In this document: positions 19,242-28,300 of the stretch, in pieces | Layout: each line of letters begins with the position of its first letter | How positions within the stretch are numbered: the stretch's first letter is position 1 | Assembly: GCA_009839745.1 (NCBI GenBank) | Contig: VXPE01000108.1 | Location: 8,121-72,120, forward strand | Origin: Candidatus Poribacteria bacterium | GTDB taxonomy: Bacteria; Poribacteria; WGA-4E; WGA-3G | Direction of reading: 5' to 3' | Length of the DNA: 64,000 bases | Notes under the pieces: model-generated | What the model was told of the DNA's origin: nothing | Seen by the model: only the letters and a program-made list of their open reading frames with translations | Database searches by the model: none | Program-made: the position numbers and the translations under genes

Positions 19242-20249
19242 TTACCTCTTTTTTATTTTCCCCCACTCAATAGGTAGCAGCTGCGGTTGCGGCAACACAT
19301 CCAATGTTATAGGATCGAACCAGTCGGCTAACGCGTTCGCCTGATACGGCACGCCAATATGTGTCAGTTGTGTTACCACTTGACTGCCTACATCAACTTT
19401 AAAGAGTTGGAGGTGACCAGCAATCTCTTGTGTATAAACGATTTCATCGCCGAGTGGCGACCAGACCGGATTTTTCGCTTTCGGACCGGCTTCGTTAACA
19501 ATTTGCTGCACGTCAGTTCCATCAGAATTCATAATGTAAATTGTTTCCTGACTGAGCCATTCCGGTGGGACGCGGAAAGGTTTGCCGGGCATCGCATCCG
19601 GTGGGACTGGAAGCGGATTCTTATTCCAAGAAAAAGAGAGTTTGTCGCCCGTAACTGTCCATGCCGGATCTGCTTGCCATGCGGAGACCCCTTGCGGAAG
19701 GACTTGCCTTTGCCGCCGTGTGTGAATATTCAGAAGGACAAGACGATGGGACCCAAACGGATTTAATGTCAAGGCAATTTCTCTACCATCAGGTGACCAC
19801 GCCGGATCAAAACCGTCGGCGACCAATTCTTCCATTTGCTTACCTATCGTAGCGATATAGATAACCTCACCCCGCTCGTAAGCGATCTGTTTTCCATCGG
19901 GTGACCACGTTGGGTTTTCTCTGCGTGCTGTCCGTTTGAATACTTTTTCGACGTTCCCGCCATCAGCATCCATGAGATATAGATCTCGCATACCATCGCG
20001 ATCGGATACGAATAAAATCTGTTCGCCAGTCGGGGACCAGACAGGAAAAAGATCGTCTGCCAGATTTTTCGTTAAGTTCACCTGTTCGCTCCCATCGGGA
20101 TTCATTAGGTAAATCTCGCGGTTAAGATCACGGGCAGACACAAATACGATTTTGGCAGTTCTCGGTGCCTGTGCCGAAATAGGGCAAACCCCTCCGTATA
20201 AGAAGACAACACTTAACACGAAGCAGAACAATAGAGATGAACCTTTCAT
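19242..20249 (-). CDS. Secreted TolB-like (PD40/WD40-like) beta-propeller protein with a C-terminal EWGKIKKR tail
   Basis: Start at MKGSSLLF after GGAGG. Signal peptide ...GGVCPISAQA. Repeated P.WSPDG..I.F..... units. Ends ...PQLLPIEWGKIKKR. Confidence 0.7.
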   Translation of the reverse strand: MKGSSLLFCFVLSVVFLYGGVCPISAQAPRTAKIVFVSARDLNREIYLMNPDGSEQVNLTKNLADDLFPVWSPTGEQILFVSDRDGMRDLYLMDADGGNVEKVFKRTARRENPTWSPDGKQIAYERGEVIYIATIGKQMEELVADGFDPAWSPDGREIALTLNPFGSHRLVLLNIHTRRQRQVLPQGVSAWQADPAWTVTGDKLSFSWNKNPLPVPPDAMPGKPFRVPPEWLSQETIYIMNSDGTDVQQIVNEAGPKAKNPVWSPLGDEIVYTQEIAGHLQLFKVDVGSQVVTQLTHIGVPYQANALADWFDPITLDVLPQPQLLPIEWGKIKKR

Positions 20250-20361
20250 CGAATTACCTCCAAGAGATCCTGAAAAAATAAATTTCCTTTTCTGTCTGAA
20301 CTCCATTCTAATAGATTTTCGCTTTTGTTTCAATACCTCAAATCTTACAGGTTTCCAAAAC

Positions 20362-20390
20362 TTGCTATCTATTTCAAATTGTGATAGACT
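20362..20390 (+). promoter_or_regulatory. Sigma-70-like promoter TTGCTA-N17-TAGACT upstream of higB
   Basis: Hexamers at 20362-20367 and 20385-20390, about 75 nt upstream of the higB ATG. Confidence 0.45.
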
Positions 20391-20465
20391 ACTCCCAAGA
20401 TTGACATGTATAATAAAAAAACAAATGACTATTTACCACGGCTTAAGTCTTACCCATTGTACCGC

Positions 20466-20753
20466 ATGCATATTATTACGCGAAGACGCCTAAATGAGTT
20501 CACCCAGAAATATCGGAATACCCAAGCATCACTTGAACATTGGTATCGATTAATGAAACAAGGCAACTTCCGATCATTTGCTGAACTGCGGACAACGTTT
20601 CCTCATGCTGATCAAGTCGGAAAATTAACGATTTTCAATATTAGTGGCAACAAGGCACGTCTTATTACGGCAATACACTACAATCGCCAAAAAGTCTATA
20701 TTCGGGCAGTGCTAACACACGACGAATATAATAAAAGCAAATGGAAGGAATAA
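20466..20753 (+). CDS. higB: Type II toxin HigB (mRNA interferase)
   Basis: MHIITRRRLNEF...HWYRLMKQGNFRSFAELRTTF...FNISGNKARLITAIHYNRQKVYIRAVLTHDEYNK matches the canonical HigB pattern. Confidence 0.8.
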   Translation: MHIITRRRLNEFTQKYRNTQASLEHWYRLMKQGNFRSFAELRTTFPHADQVGKLTIFNISGNKARLITAIHYNRQKVYIRAVLTHDEYNKSKWKE

Positions 20754-20756
20754 ACC

Positions 20757-20984
20757 ATGTTACGGGAAGTACAAACAGTTCAAAATGTATGGCCACTGCT
20801 AACAGAGGTCGTATTCGTTCCTCACGCACAAAGCGAATACCAACGGCTGACGGAGGTACTGGATAGTTTAATCGATGTCGTAGGTGAGGATGAAGATCAT
20901 CCCTTGGCTTCACTCATGGAAGTTATCAGTGTATTGATTGAAAAATATGAAGACGAACATGTCCCAGAATTGACAGAAATATAG
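20757..20984 (+). CDS. higA: HigA-like antitoxin with an N-terminal neutralising region only; HTH domain missing
   Basis: Lies 3 nt after higB. ...EYQRLTEVLDSLIDVVGEDEDHPLASLMEVISVLIEKYEDEHVP is the usual HigA N-terminal half. It stops before any helix-turn-helix, and repeat elements follow. Confidence 0.55.
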   Translation: MLREVQTVQNVWPLLTEVVFVPHAQSEYQRLTEVLDSLIDVVGEDEDHPLASLMEVISVLIEKYEDEHVPELTEI

Positions 20985-21210
20985 TCTATAAGTTGGAGCG
21001 ATGGAAATCCCCAGTATTGTTATAATCGGCGATGATTCACAGGCTGGAACGTATATCTTAGGACTTACGCGGAGAAGCGATAAATCGCCTCACTACGAGC
21101 GCAAATCCCTTGTAAATACAAGCATTTCACCAAAGTGTATCAGTTTGTAGACGAAAAGACTGCGCATTGCATAAGTCCTGTCCAATTACAATATTTTTTT
21201 TGAGGTAAAT

Positions 21211-22323
21211 ATGCACGATCCACGACTTGATAAACTCGCAAATGTTCTCACAACCCATTCCACGAGAATCCAACCCGGTGAATTCACGCTCATTGAAGGC
21301 ATAGACATCCCACAAGAGATGGTCATTGCCCTCATCCGAGCCGTTCGGAAAGCGGGTGGTATACCCCTCGTGGAACTCAAGCAGAACCGCATCCAACGTG
21401 AAATTATTCTCAACGGAGACGATGCCGGAATAAAATTGATTGGTGAATACGAAATATATCGGATAAAAAAGGTCCAGGCGTATATCGGTATCCGTGGGAG
21501 CCACAATATCACAGAGCTGTCTGATGTCCCAGCAGAAGCAATGCAACGCTATCAAAAGCATTGGATACGTCCCCTCAACGATATCCGCGTGCCACACACA
21601 AAATGGGTCGTTCTACGGTGGCCCTACCCGGCAATGGCACAACAGGCACAGATGAGCACAGAAGCGTTCGAGGACTACTATTTCGACGTTTGCACGCTTG
21701 ACTACAGCCGAATGGAACAGGCGATGAAACCCCTCACGTCTCTGATGGAGGAAACGGATGAAGTTCACATCGTCGGGCAAGACACCGATCTCCGGTTCAG
21801 CATCAAGGATATTCCTGTGATCCCGTGTGCTGGCGAAAAGAATATTCCCGATGGTGAATGCTTCACCGCGCCTGTGCGAGATTCCATCAACGGCACTATC
21901 CATTTCAATACACCCACAATCTATCAGGGAACGACCTTCACTGATATTCGCCTCGGCTTTGAAAACGGTAAAATCGTTGAGGCAACGGCGAATAACACCG
22001 AAAGACTGAACGATATTCTTGACACAGACGAGGGGGCGCGGTATATCGGTGAGTTTTCCATCGCCTTCAATCCGTATATCACGAACCCGATGCTTGACAT
22101 TCTGTTCGATGAGAAAATCGCCGGATCGTTTCATTTCACACCCGGTCAGGCTTACGAGGAGGCGGATAACAGTGTCCGTTCCGCGGTCCATTGGGATATG
22201 GTCATGATACAGACACCAGAACATGGGGGTGGAGAGATGTACTTCGACGGAAACCTGATTCGGAAGGACGGCCGGTTTGTTCATCCTGAATTAGAAGCAT
22301 TGAATCCGGAGAATCTAAAATGA
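21211..22323 (+). CDS. M29 family aminopeptidase (AmpS/PepS-like)
   Basis: 370 aa. DPRLDKLANVL..., NIPDGECFTAP, EGARYIGEFSIAFNP and HWDMV motifs. Confidence 0.8.
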   Translation: MHDPRLDKLANVLTTHSTRIQPGEFTLIEGIDIPQEMVIALIRAVRKAGGIPLVELKQNRIQREIILNGDDAGIKLIGEYEIYRIKKVQAYIGIRGSHNITELSDVPAEAMQRYQKHWIRPLNDIRVPHTKWVVLRWPYPAMAQQAQMSTEAFEDYYFDVCTLDYSRMEQAMKPLTSLMEETDEVHIVGQDTDLRFSIKDIPVIPCAGEKNIPDGECFTAPVRDSINGTIHFNTPTIYQGTTFTDIRLGFENGKIVEATANNTERLNDILDTDEGARYIGEFSIAFNPYITNPMLDILFDEKIAGSFHFTPGQAYEEADNSVRSAVHWDMVMIQTPEHGGGEMYFDGNLIRKDGRFVHPELEALNPENLK

Positions 22324-22805
22324 GTAGAAAACAACACCCGGTATATGGGGATCCTGAGCGATTTGAAGTTGTTGCAGATTTCATCGCCGAACGATACGGC
22401 AACACAATCCACGCTATTGCCGATGTTGCTGGTGGGAAGGGAATATTAACCCGTCTTCTCACCAAAAAGAAAAATTTTGCATGTGAACTCATTGATCCGC
22501 GTCGCACAGTCCTCAAAGGCATCGACCATCGTCCCGATCAATTTGAGCCTGAGATGGCAGATTATTATGACCTGTTGGTTGGGCTCCATCCCGATGGTGC
22601 GTTGCGGCAGTTGGGAGAGGCGGCACTGGTTCGACCCGCCGTGATCATTCCGTGTTGCAATTTCTGGGATGAAGAACGGCGTGGGCAATACGAGTTGTTG
22701 ACGGCAATTGAGGATTTCTATCGGCGACATTCGGTCCAGTTTGAGCGAATTGAACTCGACTTCAAGGGACCGAAGAACATCGCTATCGTCTCCGAACCTT
22801 TTTAA
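22320..22805 (+). CDS. Small Rossmann-like (methyltransferase-fold?) hypothetical protein
   Basis: Start overlaps the upstream stop (ATGA). DVAGGKGILTRLL is a glycine-rich loop. Confidence 0.4.
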   Translation: MSRKQHPVYGDPERFEVVADFIAERYGNTIHAIADVAGGKGILTRLLTKKKNFACELIDPRRTVLKGIDHRPDQFEPEMADYYDLLVGLHPDGALRQLGEAALVRPAVIIPCCNFWDEERRGQYELLTAIEDFYRRHSVQFERIELDFKGPKNIAIVSEPF

Positions 22806-22989
22806 CTATGGGCCCCTGGACTGTGCTCCATTACATTACGCACAGGGGGTTGGTTAAGTCGTGACCGAAACAGGAATATGGACGGTATAGTATCAAACCA
22901 TAAGCCTGCAACAACGGAGCAGGCAACTCGAACACGAAAATTACTAAGTTCACAGATGCTATGACTTATCCGCAAGGAAAAATTAAAAA

Positions 22990-24456
22990 ATGGCACAATC
23001 TCCTAATATTCTCTTTCTTCTTACCGACCAACAACGTTTCGATTCACTCGGTTGCAACGGCGCACCTATTTGCAGAACACCTGCTATCGATGAAATCGCC
23101 GCAACAGGCATGCGGTTCACCAATGCCTACACCCCTATCGCGCTCTGTTCACCAGCACGCGGCTCTCTACTCACTGGACTTTACCCCCACAATCACGGAC
23201 AGTTGTCAAACATGGGCAACTTCAACGCCGTGTTTGCGAACCAGATCCTCGACAAACCGGCGTATCCTAAACTTCTTGGCGAGGCAGGGTATCGGGTCAG
23301 CTGCATCGGTAAGTGGCATCTTGCGAAGGAAGGCGACACAGCGTTTTGGGGTTACGATAAGTGGCATCCCTATCGCGAGTGGCACCAATGGCTCCGCGAG
23401 GACGGGATTGATTTCCGAATTGACAGGGATGCCGTCCAGCCGTATGAGTGGGGTGGGGAGGCACCTTTCTATGGGAGACACCCGCTCCCGGCTGAAAGGA
23501 CGATGGAAGCGTGGACGGCAGACAAAACGATCGAACTCATCAACGGTTACTCCGATTCTGAACACCCTTTTATGATCGCTGCGAATTTCTTTGGACCGCA
23601 CTTCCCGTATGCCGTGCCAGCACCTTACGACACGATGTATGATCCCGACACTGCTGAACGGTGGGGCAACTTTGACGAACAATTCATCAACAAACCGCTC
23701 ATCCAGCAGAAGGAGATGCTCCGGTGGAACGCCAGTCACTTGACATGGCCCGATTGGCAGAAGGTCATCGCGGCTTATTGGGGATTCTGCACCTTCATTG
23801 ATGACCAAGTGCGCCGAATTCTCGACTGCCTTGAGGCGAACGGCTTAGCAGAAAATACCGTCGTTATCTTTTCAACCGACCACGGCGATATGCTCGGCAG
23901 CCATCGGCTTTTCAACAAGGGGTTCCACATGTATGAAGAGACACACCACATTCCGCTTGTCATCCGGTACCCCGGCACGACATCACCCGGAACGACGTGT
24001 GATGAATTCGTGAATCTTGTGGATCTTATGCCGACGTTTTTGGAACTCGGGGGTGCAAAGATGCCCGAACGTCCTAATATCGGCTCGCAAGCTTCGCCGG
24101 AGCTCGATGGAAGGTCCATTATGCCGTTGTTAAGAGGGGAAACGGTAGAGGATTGGCCCGATGACGTGTTCGCTGAATTTCACGGGTATGAACCGACGCT
24201 TGCCTCTGTCAGGATGGTACGGACGAATTCGTGGAAATACGTCTATAACCCATACAGTGAGGACGAACTCTACGACATGAAGAGCGATCCTCATGAACTC
24301 CATAACTTGGCGAACCATCTCGGATACAAGCACGTCCTCCGCCGTATGAAGGCACGTATGGTCGATCGTCTGCGTGAAACGCGGGACAACATCGTTATGG
24401 AAGGCGGATGGCAGAGCAATTCGTTTGATCTACTGGTTTCAGAACGGGAACGGTAG
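22990..24456 (+). CDS. Sulfatase (formylglycine-dependent)
   Basis: NILFLLTDQQR, the C-x-P-x-R motif LCSPARGSLLTG, and GKWHL. Confidence 0.85.
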   Translation: MAQSPNILFLLTDQQRFDSLGCNGAPICRTPAIDEIAATGMRFTNAYTPIALCSPARGSLLTGLYPHNHGQLSNMGNFNAVFANQILDKPAYPKLLGEAGYRVSCIGKWHLAKEGDTAFWGYDKWHPYREWHQWLREDGIDFRIDRDAVQPYEWGGEAPFYGRHPLPAERTMEAWTADKTIELINGYSDSEHPFMIAANFFGPHFPYAVPAPYDTMYDPDTAERWGNFDEQFINKPLIQQKEMLRWNASHLTWPDWQKVIAAYWGFCTFIDDQVRRILDCLEANGLAENTVVIFSTDHGDMLGSHRLFNKGFHMYEETHHIPLVIRYPGTTSPGTTCDEFVNLVDLMPTFLELGGAKMPERPNIGSQASPELDGRSIMPLLRGETVEDWPDDVFAEFHGYEPTLASVRMVRTNSWKYVYNPYSEDELYDMKSDPHELHNLANHLGYKHVLRRMKARMVDRLRETRDNIVMEGGWQSNSFDLLVSERER

Positions 24457-24670
24457 GACCGAAGTTGCCTCGTCTACTATGGAACGCCACATTACTTTTA
24501 CACTTATAGTAGATTTGGCAAATAAGTTTACATCTTTGTAGCATACTATAGAAACCAAAAATGACACTATCCTTTAACAATTCACGCCTTGTGCTAAATA
24601 ACTGTTTGTAAAACACAACTTCACAGAAGTGCCATTTTTTTATCTGTTTCTCACGAGTTCTGCCCCTCTT

Positions 24671-24745
24671 GAGTCCCGTAGGGACGATATGTTTATAGAA
24701 AAACGGCATACACCCCCTTTCAGTCCCGTAGGGACGATATGTTTA
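24671..24745. repeat. Two copies of the 25-nt direct repeat AGTCCCGTAGGGACGATATGTTTAT, separated by 25 nt
   Basis: Copies at 24671-24695 and 24721-24745. Each contains the palindrome GTCCC-GTA-GGGAC. Confidence 0.8.
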
Positions 24746-24749
24746 TTTC

Positions 24750-24871
24750 AGGACTTACGCACTTTTGACTGTCGTCTGTTCTGTGAGATGAGATTTTTCG
24801 GAAAACACAGTGTTCTGGTGGAAACCCACACTAAAAGTTTATGCTACAAAAGAGCAGTATGCGTAAGTCCT
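24750..24871. repeat. MITE-like unit bounded by the 12-bp inverted repeat AGGACTTACGCA / TGCGTAAGTCCT
   Basis: Arms at 24750-24761 and 24860-24871. Solo copies of the same motif lie at 21060-21070, 31767-31784 and, with one mismatch, 62875-62884. Confidence 0.5.
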
Positions 24872-24974
24872 ATATTTCATAAAACTAAACACCTGTGAAA
24901 ACAGAAGAAACGACATGTTAATTAGCACAAGTCGTTATAATACCCTTTCGGCATCCAAAAACGGTGCGCTTGCT

Positions 24975-25877
24975 TTATTCCTGCGGCGTTCCATTTGACG
25001 GCTCCAATAGCTGCAGGAGTGCCATTTTCATATCTGGTTCCAAACTTTGTAAATCGTCTTGGCTAAGGCCTGCTAATCTTTCACCAACTGTCAAACCTTG
25101 AACCCGTTGGGAAACTGTTAAACCTTGAACCCGTTGGGAAACTGTTAAACCATCCATACGTTCTTCGGGGGTCATTTTTTTCAGGAGGTCGGTCCCCATA
25201 ACATCAACGATCTGTTGGAGTTGCTTTTCGTATAAACTCTGTTTTCCTGCCATGTCTAATATCTCCTTTGTAAGTGCTGGTTCGATGCGCGAAGCATAAT
25301 AAATGTAAGTTATATCCTCCTCGCCTACAATACGTTCAACAAATTGCCGAAACTTCTCCTTTGAGGTAGCAAAAAGGAGAAGCGGATAATTTTTCGGGAC
25401 AAGTTCAAGTTCGTTGCACACAAATAGGTTCACCGGAAAGATGTCTGTACTTCTGTAATGCCCCGCACTTTCTGACTCCCACTTCACATCAAGATTAGAG
25501 TGATAAAGGAGTTTCCTCGGTTGGCGAGCAGAAATAATCGTAACCGTCATTAAAGAAGACGATATATTCTTTTCACCAAGGTAGAGGTAACTGCGACCCC
25601 TAATCAGGTGGTATTCAGACTGTGTTAAGGGATCCTCTTTACCCTTAAACTCAATCTGATTATGGATGCGGAAATAATTGAAAATCGTTTGTTTATGGAC
25701 TTTTAAACGTTCGGTTTCCTGTTCCAGAACGACAAGCGCATCCATCGTCCGAGGCAAACGACTGATCTCTACTTGCGTCTCAACAGGGAGCGACAGTTGT
25801 GCAAATTTAAACGCCATGACTTCCTTGAGTACTGGATCTAGAAAATCGCGCCCTGTCGTTGCGTGGTCAACAGACAT
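24975..25877 (-). CDS. PD-(D/E)XK nuclease-like protein (Rpn/YhgA-like putative transposase family) with a C-terminal 9-aa tandem repeat
   Basis: ...TMDALVVL...NQIEFKGK gives a D...ExK arrangement. The C-terminus carries GLTVSQRVQ x3. Confidence 0.4.
   Translation of the reverse strand: MSVDHATTGRDFLDPVLKEVMAFKFAQLSLPVETQVEISRLPRTMDALVVLEQETERLKVHKQTIFNYFRIHNQIEFKGKEDPLTQSEYHLIRGRSYLYLGEKNISSSLMTVTIISARQPRKLLYHSNLDVKWESESAGHYRSTDIFPVNLFVCNELELVPKNYPLLLFATSKEKFRQFVERIVGEEDITYIYYASRIEPALTKEILDMAGKQSLYEKQLQQIVDVMGTDLLKKMTPEERMDGLTVSQRVQGLTVSQRVQGLTVGERLAGLSQDDLQSLEPDMKMALLQLLEPSNGTPQE
25067..25155. repeat. 27-bp tandem repeat (about 3 units) inside the CDS
   Basis: AACCTTGAACCCGTTGGGAAACTGTTA at 25094-25120 and 25121-25147, plus diverged flanking units. 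Confidence 0.85.
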
Positions 25878-25960
25878 TAAATTTCTCCACTATCTATTTT
25901 AACACATAAGCCACCTTTTTATTTTTTAGGTTGTTTTAGAAATAATGGCTCTTTTAAAAA

Positions 25961-25989
25961 ATTATAACACAGGCGACTTGAATCGTCAA
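25961..25989 (-). promoter_or_regulatory. Sigma-70 promoter TTGACG-N17-TATAAT (minus strand)
   Basis: The reverse complement reads TTGACGATTCAAGTCGCCTGTGTTATAAT, about 85 nt upstream of the 25877 start. Confidence 0.6.
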
Positions 25990-26089
25990 ATAGAAAACAG
26001 GGGCACACGGGAATCTGCGATTCAGATTTGAAAAAAATAAGGAAATATGATAACATGTTTACCAAATTCCTATCCTCGTTAGGAGGGCG

Positions 26090-28300
26090 TTGATGGTTAT
26101 CACAGTCGACGAAAGCTATCGCCATAAGAGGGATCGTACTGAACAGCAGCTCTTCGCAGTCGTTGAGCAGAATACGCCGGATTCCATAAAAACACCCCTG
26201 TTTCCGCAAGATGAACCAAAAGCATTCACGTTCCAACTTGATAAGGAACTGATTGCGCGTTTGAACCTCTGGGAATGGTTCCGTAACTACGCGAAAGAAG
26301 CACAGGTCTCGACCGCCGGTATCCGCGGGCCACAAAATATTTTATACCCATGGGACACCCGCTTCCCGATTAACCAGATTGGGATTATTTTAGCAACGCT
26401 CGGAAAAAGTCTCGTCGCGAATGAAACCACAGATGGAAGGTTGGTTGAAAAGCTCGCAGGATGTGAGGTGCGCTACAACTCGCAGAAATATGTTGAACAC
26501 ATCGCCCGTATCCAAGCCGCACAAGGGATTCGGACGTATGTGCCGAAATCATTTGGCACCCTCCCCATCTGGATGGCATCCTTTTTGATCTTTATGCTTG
26601 ATTTAGACGGCGGCGAACATGTCACGTCAAGCCATTCCGTCAGCACAAAAAACGCCACCAAAGACCTCAACAATCAGGGAAGCCAATACCTGCCCGAGGA
26701 ATCCATGCGGTTCGTCAACAAAATTGAAGAGATTCTCACAATCGCTGAGACGGACGGCTATCCCATTCAGTTCAGTGCCGTTAGCGACGCTCACATCGAT
26801 TTTGAACGACTGGAGGAACTTCACGACGGCGTGCAGCTGTATGTCGGCTATCTCAAAGACGGCGTTGCTACAGATGCGAATCTCAAACTCATCCGCGAGA
26901 CGAAACCTTCGATTGTTGTCGATTGTGTTGGTGGGTGTATGTATCGTCCGATGCGTGCCATCTTTGAACGGTTGGGAATCGCCAACTCTGTTCGCTGGCT
27001 CCACGTTGAGGCGGACCCGCTCTATCACAACATCGGAAAACTCGATCGGAATCCGAAAACGGGTGAAACTGAATTTTACGATCTCGGTTGCGACTTTAGT
27101 ATCCTCAATGTCGTCACATCCACAGATTACGCAACGAAACTCAAATCGCAGCCTATCGGAACCATTATCGAAGCGACCGATCCAGATGGCGACCGACTCA
27201 TCGTCTGTGAAATAGAGGATGCATCACGATCAGAAACGTTGGAACAACTCGGCATTGATTTTCTTGATCTCGGTGACGCCCGACTCTTGACGATTTATAC
27301 GCCGAATCAAGCGTTCCTTATGTTGATGGACTTCTACGCCAAGCAACTGAAAACCTCCGGTCTTTGGAAAGATCATCCGCGGTTCATGATTAAGACAACC
27401 CCCTCTGCGCTCGCTTGGGATCAGTGGGGTGATGCGAACACTGTGAAGGTCATTAACGTTCCTGTCGGTTTCAAGGAGATCGCCGCGATTATGAAAAAGA
27501 TTGAACGACAGTTGGCTGATGCCCCAGAGGCACCCGTTGTTGTTCAAGATGTCTACGGTAAAACGATTTCACTCGGTGTCCAACCGCGACTGATTTTCGC
27601 AGGTGAAGAGAGCGGAGGAATGATTACCGGTCCCGAAAAACTCATCCAGAGCCAAAGCGGTCGCACAGCGATTGCGATGCGCGAAAAATCGGCAGGTGAA
27701 TCCATGGTTCTGGTTACGGCACTCGCAGCACATTGTAAAGCGGCGAATATCACCCTCTCTGATTATCTCGCAGCTGTCTTTGCAGAGAGCCAAATCACAG
27801 CGATGTATGACGTGAGAGAGGACATCACGTATTACAACGAATCGGAGCCGAATCCTGAAAAACTCCGGGCAGCGAAGCGTGAAGGCGAGATGAAACGCGA
27901 TAAAAACGACCTGTTTTTTCTCGGCATTGCCATTGCGCTCCGAGATGGGATAATAGATATAGAACAAGCACGCGCTATCCTCTCAGATGCCCTGCCGAGC
28001 CTTGACTTCTCAACGCTTGAGGATGTCAGATTTGTTGGCGACGGAAGTTATCTCAAGTTTCACGATAAATGTGTTGAGGTCCGAAAGTCCGGCACGGATG
28101 CGAAAACCAAAGCCTACGCCTCTGGCAGCGATAAGGACGTCTGTCGGAAGTTCGCCAAAGCCTTCGGTGAAGCAAGTGGTGAATTAACCGAACTTTACAC
28201 CGAACAAATAGGTCAAAATTACTTAGGGGATGTTGAAAGCAGAGCACGCCAGATTTACAATGCATTTCAGTCAGCTAAAAAAGGAGATTATCATGATTAG
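26090..28300 (+). CDS. Divergent, unusually long alpha-D-phosphohexomutase superfamily protein
   Basis: STAGIRG near the N-terminus, HVTSSHS (phosphoserine-loop-like), EATDPDGDRLIV (metal loop) and FAGEESGGMI (sugar loop). 736 aa. Confidence 0.55.
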   Translation: MMVITVDESYRHKRDRTEQQLFAVVEQNTPDSIKTPLFPQDEPKAFTFQLDKELIARLNLWEWFRNYAKEAQVSTAGIRGPQNILYPWDTRFPINQIGIILATLGKSLVANETTDGRLVEKLAGCEVRYNSQKYVEHIARIQAAQGIRTYVPKSFGTLPIWMASFLIFMLDLDGGEHVTSSHSVSTKNATKDLNNQGSQYLPEESMRFVNKIEEILTIAETDGYPIQFSAVSDAHIDFERLEELHDGVQLYVGYLKDGVATDANLKLIRETKPSIVVDCVGGCMYRPMRAIFERLGIANSVRWLHVEADPLYHNIGKLDRNPKTGETEFYDLGCDFSILNVVTSTDYATKLKSQPIGTIIEATDPDGDRLIVCEIEDASRSETLEQLGIDFLDLGDARLLTIYTPNQAFLMLMDFYAKQLKTSGLWKDHPRFMIKTTPSALAWDQWGDANTVKVINVPVGFKEIAAIMKKIERQLADAPEAPVVVQDVYGKTISLGVQPRLIFAGEESGGMITGPEKLIQSQSGRTAIAMREKSAGESMVLVTALAAHCKAANITLSDYLAAVFAESQITAMYDVREDITYYNESEPNPEKLRAAKREGEMKRDKNDLFFLGIAIALRDGIIDIEQARAILSDALPSLDFSTLEDVRFVGDGSYLKFHDKCVEVRKSGTDAKTKAYASGSDKDVCRKFAKAFGEASGELTELYTEQIGQNYLGDVESRARQIYNAFQSAKKGDYHD

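Noticed and set aside
21613-22284. 223-aa minus-strand ORF
   Set aside because: It lies antisense within the M29 aminopeptidase gene and is a shadow ORF.
22961-23808. 204-aa plus-strand (alternative frame) and 200-aa minus-strand ORFs over the sulfatase gene
   Set aside because: The sulfatase frame carries the CxPxR signature and full-length family similarity. The others are overlapping shadow frames.
24671-24745. Possible mini-CRISPR array (25-nt repeat, 25-nt spacer)
   Set aside because: There are only two repeat copies, the spacer is shorter than usual, I found no degenerate third repeat at +/-50 nt, and there are no cas genes in the window. I treated it as a REP-like duplicated element.
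25919-26335. 138-aa minus-strand ORF upstream of the phosphohexomutase-like gene
   Set aside because: It spans the promoter region of the divergent gene and the 5' end of the plus-strand CDS. It has no RBS or motif.
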